From assembly GCA_964016885.1 (NCBI GenBank), contig OZ024740.1:19096001-19160000 (forward strand): a stretch of DNA of 64,000 bases, in the 5' to 3' direction. Both the position numbers and the translations under genes were made by a program. Position 1 is the first letter of the stretch; each line of letters opens with the position of its first letter. Positions 47,330 through 60,844 of this stretch are shown in pieces. Source of the stretch: Eledone cirrhosa (lineage: Eukaryota). The notes under the pieces are model-generated. The model saw nothing but the letters and a program-made list of their open reading frames with translations, was not told the DNA's origin and searched no databases.

Positions 47330-50300
47330 AACCCCGTGACCAAGAAATATCGGGATGGCGGCCGGCGGGGAATAGCCGTGTCTCTAGGGGAGAACGACCC
47401 CTCTAGTCTTGGTTTACACTCGTTCTAGAAGTGGTAACACGAAATGATTACCCCTTGGCGGATAAGGATAAAACGCGACAAAATAAAGTAAATGTCTAAT
47501 GATAAAATCTCATACCGGATCGGCCGTCACCCGGGTAAAAAAGGGCCGCGTCCCTGAGAGAGGAACCAGACTGGGGTCGAAAAATCAGCTAATGGTTCAA
47601 ACCTTCCCATCACTTCGGAGCTGGAGACCTCCCATAACCGGAATACTCCTACTGTTGGCCCTCCATGCTCACCACCAAGAAATCCAAAGAAAAAGAGAGA
47701 AAAATGGTCAAGGGAAGATAATAAAGAAGTCCTTGAGGCTTTCTACACTGCCGTGTACTACCCATCAAATACATCGAATACAGAACAGACATATATCAAC
47801 TGGAAAAAGAAACATCCCGAAAACAGAGGCTATATTGACAGTAACAAACTAGCCAATATACGAAGAAATATTGTAAGAAAAAGTTACTAACTGATATAGA
47901 AATTGATCAGATCAAGCTATTAGCACAAAGTCAGCGAAGGGAAAATGAAACATGTGTCAGTGAAAACGAGGTAAACTGTAACACTTCGAATCCCAGGGTT
48001 GGGGCGGAATCACTGGCAACAGAACAAATTAAAGAAAGGATCGAAAAAGTGGAGGGAGTGCATGCTCAGGATGAAACACCAAATGAAAATAATGAGATCG
48101 TAAATGATAAAGAAATGAATGAGAATGAACTCGCCAACTTGAAGGATGAAATTATGATCGAATGGATGAAAATGAAAGAATCTGACATGGGGCAACGAGA
48201 CACCCTCCCTAAGATCCAGAACTCCAAACAGAACCAAAAGATAATACACAAGACTAACATAATTCTCAAAAACATTATCATCACAAACAAACTAAACATT
48301 ACTGATTTAAATCATCTCTATTATGCATCGGCTAAAGTCACCACTCACTTATGTGCAGTGAAGATGAAAAAACAAAGGAATTCCCACAAGAAATCTACTT
48401 GGCAAGAGAACATCAATCGCCAAATAAACCTTCTCCGATCTGACATAGAAATTTTAAAAACTATAAAGTAGGTGAACATGTTAAACAAACTAAACTTAGA
48501 AAATAAAAAAAAAGTACAGTATAAAATCAACATGTGACATAGACATGCTGATAGAAATAATCAAGCAAAAAGTGTCGGCCAAAGCTGCTCGTATAAGGCG
48601 CATTGAAAAACGATCTAGATTCTATAAGGACAATAATATGTTCAAAAACAACCAAAGAAACTTCTACAGAAAAATTGGTAAGTCAACAATAACTGCTAAA
48701 TCAATACCACCCAAGGAGGAAGTGCAAGAATTCTGGGAAAAGATCTAGGCCGAAGAAAAAGTTCATAACATACAGGCCCCATGGATAGACAGACAAATGA
48801 AAGATACAGCTCACCTTGAGGAACAAACATGGGAAAATATAACAGTTGAACAGTTGCGCTTGGCTCTAAGAAAAACCAGCAAATGGAAATCCCCAGGAAA
48901 AGACAAAATACAAAACAGAGTCTCATGAGCTGTTAGCCCAACTTTACAATGAAATAGTTAAGGAGCCAGAAAAGATACCTTCATGGCTAGTTAACGGCAT
49001 TATATTCCTGCTTCCGAAGAATGATGAGACAAACAATCCCAAAAATTACAGACCGATAACTTGCTTGACCACAATGTATAAAATTTTAACATCAGTCCTA
49101 ACTGAATACACATATGACCACCTGATAACAAATGACCTATTTCCCATTGAGCAGAAAGGGTGTAAACGAGGCTCATATGGCTGTAAGGATCAGCTTCTGG
49201 TTAACAAAATGATACTGGAAGATTGTCATAATAGACACAAAAATCTATCGATTGCTTGGATAGATTATAAAAAAGCATTTGATAGTTTGCCACACAGTTG
49301 GATTGAAAAATGTTTAGAGATTTTCAAAGTATCCCCCGTTGTCAGGAGGTTTTTGTCATTCAGTATGAAGACATGGAAAACGACACTCCTTTTGAATAGT
49401 GAAACAAAATCACTGGAAGCTGGAGAAGTTAATAATAATTGTGGAATTTTTCAGGGTGACTCTTTATCACCGCTTTTATTCTGCATCGCACTTATACCAT
49501 TAAGTAAAATGCTCAATGAAACAAAACATGGATATAAAGTCTATGACAAAACCATTAATCACCTGTTCTACATGGATGACCTGAAACTATTTGCAAAAAA
49601 TGATGAACAATTGCAAGGGCTATTATCCACTGTGAAGCAGTTCAGTGATGACATTAAAATGGAGTTTGGACTAGATAAATGCGCCAAAGCAACGTTCACC
49701 AGAGGAAAGCTGCTGAAGAGTTCAGACATTAATCTTGATCGGGGGAACGTGATAAGAGAACTTGATCAAGAAAAAACTTACAAATATCTAGGTGTTTGTG
49801 AAGGAGACGGAATCAAGCACTCGACAATGAGGGAAAGGATAAGGAAGGAATGTTACCGCAGAGTGAGAGCAATCTTAAGAACGGAATTGAATGCAAGGAA
49901 TAGGATCGATGCCATAAACACGCTTGCCATACCAGTAGTAACCTACAGTTACAATGTCATCAACTGGTCAAGCACAGAGATCCGTAGGCTCGATACAAAA
50001 ATTCGAAAATTCTTAACCATGCACAGAATGCATCACCCTAAAGCAGATATAGATAGAATATATCTCCCTAGGAAAGAAGGAGGACGTGGGTTAATCCAGT
50101 TAGACATTGCGTTGAAAACTGCAACAATTGGATTATCTACATATCTAAGGGAATCACATGATTGGATGATCAAACTCGTTTTGAAACACGAAAGCATCAA
50201 AAGATCATATTCCATTACAAAAGATACACAAAGATACAGTAATGGACTACAAATTTCAGAAGTCCCATTTACTGCTGAAATGGAAAACACAGAAAAAGCA

Positions 50301-51279
50301 AAGCAGGTAAAAGTAACTGCAAAGAAAGAACTGCTACAGAAACTGGCTAAGAAATGGCAAGAAAAGCCTCTGTATGGAAAATACCCAGAGCGAGCTAACA
50401 ATCCTGATGTTGACAAAACTTTAACCCATCAGTGGTTGGCATCCTCTGGACTGAAATCGGAGACTGAAAGACTGATTATATCGGCACAAGATCAGTGTCT
50501 GCCAACAAAAAATTACCAAGCCAACATATTAAAAAATGGGTGCAGCCCATTATGCCGTGTATGCAAAAAACAACCAGAGACCATTGACCATATAATTTCA
50601 ATGTGCAGTCCTCTAGCTCCAACCGAATACCTAAACAGGCATGACAGAGCTGCACAATACATACATTGGATAATGTGTAAGCATTTTGACCTGCCCCATC
50701 AAAAGAATTGGTGGGAGCATCAACCACCTCCCATACTTGAAAAAGATCACATCTCAATCTTGTGGAACTTTAGCATCCAAACAGACCGAAAAATAGATGC
50801 AAACAGACCTGATATAATATTGAAAGACTTTCAAAAGAGGGTATGCCTGCTAATTGATATGTCTGTTCCAATAGACAAGAATGTATCTATAAAAAACATT
50901 TGAAAAATTGAGCAAGTATAAGGACCTGGAGATGGAAATTGGAAAAATGTGGAAATTGAGAACTAAAACAATACCAGTGGTTGTAGGCGCTCTGGGAATG
51001 ATACCTAAGGGGTCTAATGATTACATATCGCAAATCCCAGGAAACCCGCGTATAGGAGAAATACAAAAGATAGTACTAATGGGAACTGCCCATATACTAA
51101 GGAAGATTCTGTCAATATAAGTACATCACAAGTCTAAACACTAAAGATGCATGTGTGAATATGTATGTTCTTTCTTGAACACGGCGGACCTTGTTGTCTC
51201 TTGAGGTCACTGGTTGTGACTTGGTGATAACTCGTATGAACATAAAGCAAGATAAATGCAACTGTAATAATAATAATAA
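47330..51279 (+). mobile_element. near full-length R4/Dong LINE, decayed, with (TAA)n tail
   Basis: KWSREDNKEVLEAFY N-terminus; NYRPITCL, WIDYKKAFDS, GIFQGDSLSPLLF, HLFYMDDLK, CRVC..HIISMC, RHD, NRPDII, KYKDL; ends HILRKILSI* at 51120. Confidence 0.95.
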
Positions 51280-52220
51280 ATACGTGACTGATAGTAAGGA
51301 GCCAATGCTCAGAACTGTACTGAAGGAGGGGACAATAGGCCAGGGGATGTCCAAGGAGGAAATAACATCAAGGAGAAAGAGCAGCCTTCAGGAAAAATCC
51401 CTTCATAGTACCTTCTTTGAGAAAACTGAATTTAGAGATCCACAGACATGGAACTGGTTGAAAAGAGGAGACCTTAAAAAGGCTACAGAAGGAATGTTAA
51501 TGGCTGCGCAGGAGCAGGCCCTCAAAACGAAGTGGTTGAAACACCATATTTACAAGGAGGAGGCTAGCCCACTGTGCAGGATCTGTGGAGAGAGAGAGGA
51601 GACTGTGGCTCACATTGTATCCGAGTGTAAACACCTAGCCCAGACCCACTATAAGGGCTGGAGACATGATGTGATGGGCAGGGTGATCCACTGGCACCTG
51701 TGCAAAGTAAACAGTCTACCACATTCTTAGAAATAGTATGAGCATAAGCCAGAGGCGGTGATGGAGAACAATCAGGTGAAGGTGCTGTGGGATTTTAGGA
51801 TACAGACGGACAAGAAACTGGAACACAATAGACCTGACCTGGTGGTTGTGGACAAAGAAAAAAGATCGTGCCTGATTGTGGATGTGGCCTGCCCATTCGA
51901 CACGAGAGTGCAAGAGAAGGAGAGGGAGAAAATTAACCGATACCAGGACTTAAAGTGGGAGGTAAAAAGGATTTGGAACTGCTATGAAGTCAAAGTGATC
52001 CCGATTGTCATAGGCGCACTGGGGACTATCTCCAAAAGTTTCCAGGGATGGTTAAAGAAAATCGGCCCCTTCACGCTTTTTGGAACGCTTCAAAAGGCAT
52101 GCTTGCTGGGAACAGCAAGAACCCTCCGATACGTCCTGAATATCTGAGGCTGCAGGTAGTGGCTTGATATTCATTCCAACGGACTTTCCAGTTAACTAAC
52201 ATCAATGACTGAGATTCAAG

Positions 52221-52222
<2 letters not shown>
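51280..52222 (+). mobile_element. second, 5'-truncated R4/Dong LINE with (TAA)n tail (52223-52283)
   Basis: TEGMLMAAQEQAL, CRIC..HIVSEC, RHD, LWDFRIQTD..HNRPDL, IPIVIGALG. Confidence 0.92.
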
Positions 52223-52284
<62 letters not shown>

Positions 52285-52286
<2 letters not shown>

Positions 52287-52493
52287 AAAATGTGTATGGA
52301 GGGGGAATATCAGGTGTAGTGTTGCGAATTTCGGGAAGCATGGAGGTTTTGAAGGATGCAGTGTCCGGACAGCTAACAACTGATGCAGGCAGTTTGTTCC
52401 ATGTTTCAGCAACTCTGAGTGTGAAACAATGTTTGTGAAAGTCATGGGAGCTGTGCTGTTTTCTGATTTTGTAAGCATGCCCACGGGTGTTTC

Positions 52494-52495
<2 letters not shown>
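52285..52495 (-). mobile_element. CR1 LINE 3' end fragment
   Basis: [31 protein letters not shown]. Confidence 0.85.
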
Positions 52496-52580
<85 letters not shown>

Positions 52581-52718
52581 TGTGTCTGTATGTCTGTCTG
52601 TCTGTCTGTTTGTGTGGGTCTGTCTGTCTGTGTGTAAGTGTGTGTGTGTGTATGTAAAGGATACAATTAACAAACGGACTTTTGGCGTGTTAAATCTTTC
52701 TGATAATTTCTTTCACAG

Positions 52719-52804
52719 GAAGAAGACAAAGTTTGTGAGGCTTACATGAAAGCAAAAAGGGACATTGTGAAAATGAGGGCCCAGCGAAGTAAGGAGCTAC
52801 TTCA
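52719..52804 (+). CDS. host exon, probably next after 12333-12543 (CFAP210/CCDC173-like, tentative)
   Basis: TTTCTTTCACAG| [28 protein letters not shown] |GTAAGT; starts in phase 0. Confidence 0.72.
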
Positions 52805-52979
52805 GTAAGTAGAGATATAACAATATGTTTATGTATTTCTATATTCTTCTGGCTTCGTTTTACTAATTGCTCACCTGTAGAGAAAGAATCGGTTTCCAAA
52901 CTTGAAACAACGCCTTTTCGTTGGAATTTAGTCGTCAACTAAGTAGTCGTGTATGTATGTATGTATGTATGTATGTATG

Positions 52980-53013
<34 letters not shown>

Positions 53014-53030
53014 TGTATGTATGTATGTAT

Positions 53031-53902
53031 GTTCTGGTTTTATAATTTCACAAATTTTACCAATAGAGAGAGAGTCTGTTTCTAACATAGACACAAGACT
53101 CTCTCATTGGAATTTACACAACATCAACTAGGTAGATATGTATGTATGCATGCGTGTGTAGATATGGATGTTATTGTATGTGCGGATGTGGATGTTTTGA
53201 GTTGTATGTGTGCATGTGTATATGCTTTGTATCTGTACATGTGTATATGCAGTTATTAGATGCAAAATTTTTAGAATGTTTTACATATTTTTACTGTTCC
53301 ATTAATGGATTGTACTTGTAATTTCCTAACTAGTTGTGTTCCTTCTGTTCCTGTGAAGCCTAGCTTCTCAAGATTTGTATTGAGGCAGTTACTAACATAC
53401 CCCAGTGCCCCAATAATCACAGGCATAAATCTGAAGGTGTAATCAGGCTAGAGTATCTGCAGATTTCTCATCAGTTCTGCATAAATATTCTCCTTTTCAC
53501 TAATCTTTGATATTATATTGGCATCTGCTGGGCAGCTAATTTCCACTACTGTGCATGTTTTCTTCTCCCTGTCCCATATCATAATATCTGGTCTGTTATG
53601 ACTGCATTTTATTGGGGTTTTACTGGAACATTCCACCAGTACCCTTTCATATTATGTACATGGATGTCTTCTACATTGCTGTAGCTTTTAATGTGTTTAT
53701 TATCGGGGCTATCTTTTTTACGAACTACATCATGCCTCATAGGTAGATAGTACGGCGATGACATCTTTGGACAGCTGCTGATGACATGGGTGATATCCTC
53801 GATGTTAATTCTGCAGAGTCTGTACTTGTTATCACATCTAGGTGTTTTGCCTGCATGCCTATCTCTTTTGTGAATCAGGTATTTCGTGTTAATCTCCTGT
53901 TC
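53031..53902 (-). mobile_element. R4/Dong-like RLE LINE 3' part (family B), (TATG)n on both sides
   Basis: [49 protein letters not shown]. Confidence 0.88.
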
Positions 53903-54023
53903 TATGTATGTATGTATGTATGTATGTATGTATGTATGTATGTATGTATGTATGTATGTATGTATCCCAGTACAACCTGTCTCATGGTCGGGTCGTTGGC
54001 GACTAAACTGGCAACCCCACCAA

Positions 54024-54090
<67 letters not shown>

Positions 54091-54261
54091 GTATATATGT
54101 ATATATATATATGTGTGTATATATGTATATATGTATGTATATATATATATATGTATATATATATGTATATATGTATGTATATATATGTATATATGTATGT
54201 ATGTATGTATGTATATGTATATGTATATATATGTGTATGTATGTATATATATATATATGTG

Positions 54262-54292
<31 letters not shown>

Positions 54293-54329
54293 ATATATAT
54301 ATATATGTGTGTATATGTATATATGTATG

Positions 54330-54360
<31 letters not shown>

Positions 54361-54436
54361 GTATGTATGTATATATATATATGTATATATATATATGTAT
54401 ATATGTATGTATGTATGTATATATGTATGTATATAT

Positions 54437-55046
54437 GTCAGGTCACCAGTTGGTGCTACTGGTAACATGTATCCCAGTACAACCTGTCTCATGGTTGGGT
54501 CATTGGCGACTAAACTGTCAACTGCACCAAGGTTTCTTGGTGAGGAGGGTGACTTTGGACATCCTGCAGGACTAAAAACAAAGCCTGTCAAAGGGCAAAG
54601 GAGCTCTTAAGAGTCAATGGACATCCAAAATCAACGAGAGAGATGACCCCTTAGCCTTTGTCAAGGCAGAATTCAAGGAGAAGGAAAACTCTGATATAAC
54701 ACCTGCAACTCTGATGGTATCCAATGATGTTGACTTGTTCTTCTTTTTGGTAAATATCATCTTGGTTAAGAGAGTGGGACTGGCTTTGTGCAGTGCCTTT
54801 GCTCACTATAAAAGCTTCACGGCACAGGCATTGCTTTATATCTGGAGATCTCTCTGCACTTGTCGTCACATGGTACCATGGGCCCAGCTGTATGTGTCAA
54901 TAATTGTTACAAGTGTAGTGTTTGCACCAGAGTTTTCAATTCGCTGGCTGAACTAAAAAGTCACACTCGTTCAGCGCATCGGTAGGTGTTCTCCTACATG
55001 GATATAAAGTAGTGGCCGTACTCGAAAACGAGTTGGCAGCCACCAT
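54437..55046 (+). mobile_element. non-autonomous RTE derivative (partial copy also at 53960-54027)
   Basis: Same family as 43240-46225; closest to unit 2. Confidence 0.9.
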
Positions 55047-55171
55047 GTATGTATGTATGTATGTATGTATGTATGTATGTATGTATGTATGTATGTATGT
55101 ATGTATGTATGTATGTATGTGTGTATGTATGTATGTATGTATGTATGTATGTATCTATGTATCTATGTATG

Positions 55172-55547
55172 TTCTTCTGGTTTTATAATTTCACAAATTT
55201 TTTCCCAATAAAGAGAGAGTCGGTTTCTAACATAGACACAAGACTCTCTCATTGGAATTTACACATCAACTAGGTAGATATGTATGTATGCATACATGTG
55301 TAGATATGGATGTTATTGTATGTGTGGATGTGTATATTTTGAGTTGTATGTGTGCATGTGTATATGCTTTGTATCTGTACATGTGTATATGCAGTTATTA
55401 GATGCAAAATTTTTGGAATGTCTTACATATTTTTACTGTTCCATTAATGGATTGTATTTGTAGTTTCCTAACTAGTTGTGTTCTTTCTGTTCCTGTGAAG
55501 CCCAGCTTCTCAAGATTTGTATTGAGGCAGTTACTAACATATCCCAT
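55172..55547 (-). mobile_element. R4/Dong-like family B 3' end
   Basis: Close copy of 53031-53402; (TATG)n on both sides. Confidence 0.88.
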
Positions 55548-55549
55548 AC

Positions 55550-55580
<31 letters not shown>

Positions 55581-55621
55581 TGTATGTATGTATGTATGTA
55601 TGTATGTATGTATGTATGTAT

Positions 55622-55887
55622 GTTATCTCTTTCTCTTAATTTCGAGTATATCTTTTTTGACCGGCCACCTTCCTGGTGGCAAGATTGTAAAAGAAAAGAA
55701 ATTGTCATCCCTTGAATCGCAAGAATGTTTTGCAAATTTTGAAGGTGCCAGCTATCGCAGCCATTTGTAGACTATGAATTAGGGAGCTGCGCGTTTTGTC
55801 CGCAAATCCAAGTTCAGTCATATTTTGGTCCAAGCGGGTTGGTATATAACCCGTAGCTCCAATAATGTTGGGTATGAAGCTAAAGGT
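55622..55887 (-). mobile_element. R4/Dong-like family A 3' end
   Basis: TFSFIPNIIGATGYIP..MAAIAGTFKICKTFLRF; matches 16440-16701. Confidence 0.88.
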
Positions 55888-56449
55888 GTATGTATGTGTG
55901 TATATATGTATATATGTATGTGTGTATGTGTGTATGTATATATATATGTGGGTGTGTGTGTGTGTGTGTGTATATGTATGTATGTTTACATGTATGTATG
56001 TGTGTATGTGTATCAATGTATGTATGTATGTGTATCAATGTATGTATGTATGTATGTATGTATGTATGAATGAATGTATGTATGTGTGTATGCATGTATG
56101 TATATATGTATGTATGAATGTATATATATATATGTATGTATGAATGTATGTATGTATGTGTGTATGCATGTATGTATATATGTATATATGTTTGTGTATG
56201 TATATATATATATATGTATGTGTGTATATATGTATGTATGTTTACATGGATGTATGAATGTATGTATGTATGTATCTATGTACGCATGTATGTATGTATG
56301 TTTATATGCATGTGCCTGTCTGTATGTATGTTTGTATGTATGTGTGTAGGTATGTATGTATGTGTGTATATATGTATTTATGTATGTAATCATGCATGTA
56401 TGCATGTGTCTGTCTGTCTATGTATGTACGTCTGTATGTATGTATGTTT

Positions 56450-57420
56450 TTTACCCCTGCTCCTGCAGAACCATATACTGAACCCAATATAATGGTTGAT
56501 GGAACCAGGTTGGGAGTAGGAGACGGATTTATCTACTTTGGTAGCATACTGTCAAATGATGGCTCCTTGGATGCTGAAATACATCTACGCATCCAAAAGG
56601 CCTCTGTTGCCTTCGGAAAATAGTAAAAGAGAGTTTGGGCAAATCACAACATTACCAACAATACCAAGGTGTGTGTGTATAGATCATGTGTTCTATCTGC
56701 TCTTTTATACTCCACCGAAACCTGGACACTATTCCGTAAACACACCAAATTGCTTGGGCGATTTTCAGCAGAAATGTTTAAGGAACATATTCAACATGAA
56801 GTGGCAAGACAGAACTCCTGACATCCATGTTCTTATCAAAGTAGAATGTCCTAGCATTAAGTAACATCTTCTCAAATGCGTTGGACAGGACATATCGTCC
56901 GCATGAAAGAAAGCAGGATTCTGGAACAACTGTTTTACGGTGAGCTCCATCTTAGAAAAAGACCTCAACCCAAACCGAAAAGGGGGCAAAAGATCAGCAT
57001 CAAGAACAATCTCAAAAACCTGGCATTTGATATAGACAACTGGGAGAAGATAGCTCTAAATACGGCTGAATGGAGAAGGCGCATTAAGGGCAGTTACAAA
57101 ACGTTTGAGGAATGTCGTCTAGAACATAAACAACTGAAGCGTCAGCTCCGGAAGGGCTGCGCTCAGTCTTGATGAAGTCATCAGTAGTTGGACATGCAAT
57201 TTCTGTCAGTGTGTACTCCTCTCAAAGGCTGGTTATGCTAATCACCTGAAGTCTCATGAAAGGATAACCACCCACAACAAAGACCTGGCGAAACAACGTG
57301 CGTGATATACAACAAAGTGTGTAGTTCCGAACTAAAAAACACATGGTGGTACATAAAGATTGTGTCCCACAGGGTGACCCACGGCTCCTGTGGAAAGCAC
57401 AACTCTCTTCTGTCACCTGT
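56450..57420 (+). mobile_element. decayed RTE LINE 3' fragment
   Basis: FIYFGSILSNDGSLDAEIHLRIQKASVAFGK, RWTGHIVRMKESRILEQLFYGEL, CNFCQC..KAGYANHLKSH. Confidence 0.88.
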
Positions 57421-57562
57421 TTTTGTGGCTATGTGGGTGTCTGCCGGTGTTTATGTGTGTGTGTTTGTGAGTTTGTGCGTGTGTGTAGGTGTGTAGGTGT
57501 GGGCAGAGGTTTGTATGTGTGTGCATATAGGTGTGTATTTGTGTCTCTGTATCTGTGAGTCT

Positions 57563-57629
<67 letters not shown>

Positions 57630-57659
57630 AACTTTTGTCTCGTAACGTAATACCTCGGG

Positions 57660-58335
57660 AAATGTGAGTTACGGTGAAACTGAATTTCAAGACGCCGTAT
57701 TTAGCATCCAGCTTGTGGTGACAGGGGTACGACATATACTTGAAAGTGACGACTACATTCTCGGCTCTTCAATCCTCTGTGACGCTCATCCGACGCTCTT
57801 CCTTCTAAGAAGCTGTTTTGCCCTCCCCAAACTCCTCTTCACGCTGAAATGTTGTGGCCTCGATCAGCAGAACCAGACGTGCATCGAGAACTGGCCGATT
57901 GGATCGACGAAGGCCTCACCTTCCCCCAGTATGCAGATGCCCAACACAACTTGGATGACATCAAATGCAGGTCACCCTTTAGACAGATCGAGCCTTAAGC
58001 CAACACCATCTCGCCTGTCTCCGTTTCGCATCGTAGACCACGTTCGCGCGTGGTTCAACTCTGTGCCCTCGTTATCAACCACTACCCTTCTTGAATATGA
58101 GCGCACTCGCATCGAATCACCGCCTCGGTCTCAAACCTTATTGTTTTGTCTGCAAACTAGGACACCACCACCCGAAATGTAGGAGAAAAGAAGGTAACGA
58201 AATACCGGGGCTTGACCTACCGCTGTCTTTTCGTGCTGCTCGACGTCGAAACCTCGGGTGTCGTTGGTCCCCGAATTGCTGTTTTTGTCTGCAAAATCGG
58301 GAAGACTGCAGCTTGCCTGAGGAACCCGTTGCGAA
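57660..58335 (+). mobile_element. highly decayed CRE-like LINE fragments
   Basis: DAHPTLFLLRSCFALPKLLFTLK; ALASNHRLGLKPYCFVC. Confidence 0.55.
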
Positions 58336-58344
58336 GAGGTGATT

Positions 58345-58945
58345 GGTGCAGCAGGTGACACAGGGGAGATGTGGTGGCTGCTGTAGCGGGTGACAGAGGT
58401 GGCTGTTGCAGGTGACTGAGGTGATTGTTGCAGCGGGTGACAGAGGTGGCTGCTGCAGTGAAGGCGCATGGCTTAGTGGTTAGAGCATTGGGCTTGCAAT
58501 CGAAAGGTTGTGAGTTCAATTCTCGGACCGTATGATGTGTTGTTTCCTTGAGCAAGACACTTTATTTCACATTGCTCCAGTTTACTCAGCTGTAGAAATG
58601 AGATGATAGGGACTGGGGTCCCTATCATTAAATTACCCAAGACACCTCCAACGAGATATACCTTGGAGGAGGCCAGCTATACCTGCATAGGTGTGACCTG
58701 TCACACACACACACACTGCTGCAGCGGTGACACTGGGGAGAGGTGGTGGCTGCAGCAGGTGACACTGGGGAGAGGTCGGGGCTGCTGTAGCAGGTGACAC
58801 TGGGGAGAGGTCGGGGCTGCTGTAGCAGGTGACACTGGGGAGAGGTGGGGTCTGCTGTAGCAGGTGACACTAGGGAGAGGTGGGGGCTACTGTAGTGGGT
58901 GACACTGAGGAGAGGTGGTGGCTGCTGTAGCGGGTGACACTGGCC
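58345..58945. repeat. 35-bp GC-rich minisatellite (GCAGGTGACACTGGGGAGAGGTCGGGGCTGCTGTA), interrupted by a SINE
   Basis: Period of 35 between 58756 and 58791; degenerate units at 58345-58458. Confidence 0.88.
58460..58605 (+). mobile_element. tRNA-derived CORE-like SINE
   Basis: A box TGGCTTAGTGG, B box AGTTCAATTCT, then TCCTTGAGCAAGACACTTTATTTCAC..CTCAGCTGTAGAAATGAG. Confidence 0.85.
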
Positions 58946-59077
58946 ATTCTCCTTGGCAGTGACTTCACCATTTTGTCCGTGGGACGCAGTCGAAACATAT
59001 CGCCCAGACTGGATTTCATGGCTACGAGGCGAACTTCTTAACTAATTCAGTCATATCCAGGGTCATATATAATGGGG

Positions 59078-59837
59078 TGGGGCCACAAAGGGGTCAATTT
59101 CCCCGGGCCCCCTACAGTGGGGACCCCCACCAGCAACGGCCACAGCAATTTATTAGTAACCTCAGCTAGGTATTTTAGTTTTAGGATGGTTAGAATGTTT
59201 TAATTTAATACCTGTATGTATAACTTTTCAATTCCAATTTCTTTCACCAAGCTAATTTTGATATGTAAACCTGGGGGTGGGGTTGCTGTGTATTCTAAAA
59301 TGTCTGTATGAGCCCCCCCCCCCCCCCCCCCCAAAAAAAAATTGAAGTGTCCCGGGTCCCCCCAACATCCTAATCCAACCCTAGTCATGCCTCTGCCCAA
59401 AACAACATTACGCAATGCCATTTGTAGCAGTTCAAGGAATAATATAAGGACCCCATTCTTAGCTTATATAGGTTTAGCTCTAGATCACATCATTCCAACC
59501 ATGATAACCCTATCGGAATTGGATTAGGATATTGAGGCCCTGGGGCACTTCGGGTTCTCGAGGCCCCGGGGTACTTCAGGTTTGGGAGCCCCTCATACAC
59601 AATAAAATTAGAATACACAGCAACCCCACCCCCAGTTTTACATATCAAAGATAGCTTGCTGCAATTGGAATTGAAAAGTTATACGTACAGGTATTAAGTT
59701 AAAAAATTCTAACCACCCTAAAACTAAAAAGCCCAGTTGTGAGCACAAATAAATTGCTACAGCCGTCACTGGTGAGTTCCCCCATTGCAGGGGTCCCGGG
59801 ACAATTGCTCTCTTTGCCCCAATTAAATCCGACTCTG
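59078..59837. mobile_element. two copies of one MITE (possibly hAT-like) in inverted orientation
   Basis: 59095-59312 is a diverged reverse complement of 59588-59810; GGGGCCC-rich subtermini. Confidence 0.7.
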
Positions 59838-60223
59838 TCTTAGGTCAACCCATGTCTTGTAAGTGAAATCAAAGAGATGGGAACTGAAGGTACGCCGAAT
59901 ATAAATACAAATAAATTGCTACGGTTGTCGTTGATGGGGCCCCATTAAATCTGGCCATGCACCCCATCCTTATTGACAGTGTAACTAAAATTACGTACAT
60001 TATCTAATGTGTCCTTGATGTTTCTAAGATTGTAGTGTGTGATTTTGAAGAGGTTTCGCGGTTATTTCCAGCAAGCTGAGAGGCCACGTGTCACCCTGCA
60101 TGTGATGTCGACTTTGCCACTCAACTAAGAGAATAACAATATGACGGTATTTAGAATATAAGTAGCACAAATACGTATACACCCACACCGACCCACATAC
60201 ACACATACAAATATGTATGTGTG

Positions 60224-60254
<31 letters not shown>

Positions 60255-60259
<5 letters not shown>

Positions 60260-60844
60260 TAAGTTAAAAATGTACATCCACATATGTATACTGAAATACT
60301 AGTATGCATATGAATACACACACGTATACATATGTAGATGTACCAAGTCTTTCACTGGTCACTTTACCGTGAGTGTCCAGCTATTCTGTATGTAAACACA
60401 CAGACAAACCGGTTTTTAGAGTCATACTGGTTTTTGAGGAAACACTTTTCCTCTATTCTCCAGAAAGCCAGACAAGGAATATTGAACTAGTTTCGTTGTT
60501 GTTACAACTCATCAGCAATATTTACCTATCTACCGGCCTTTCTGGAGAATCGTAAAAGCACATATCGTTATATGCTTTTTCTATGAAAATTAGTAGTGGG
60601 CAGACTAATTTGCATAGAGTGTGAGTACGTACCGGTTCAACGGAGACGATAAAAACAAATAACGAAACGAAATTAAATTTCGTTTCGTTTGTAACTCACT
60701 TTTGTATGACTGACGCTTAAACAATTAAGTTAAAAATGTACATCCACATATGTATACTGAAATACTAGTATGCATATGAATACACACACGTATACATATG
60801 TAGATGTACCAAGTCTTTCACTGTTTTTCACTTTCATTTGTTTT

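Noticed and set aside
58462-58530. tRNA gene
   Set aside because: It has A/B boxes but continues into a CORE-like SINE body, and the acceptor stem does not close.
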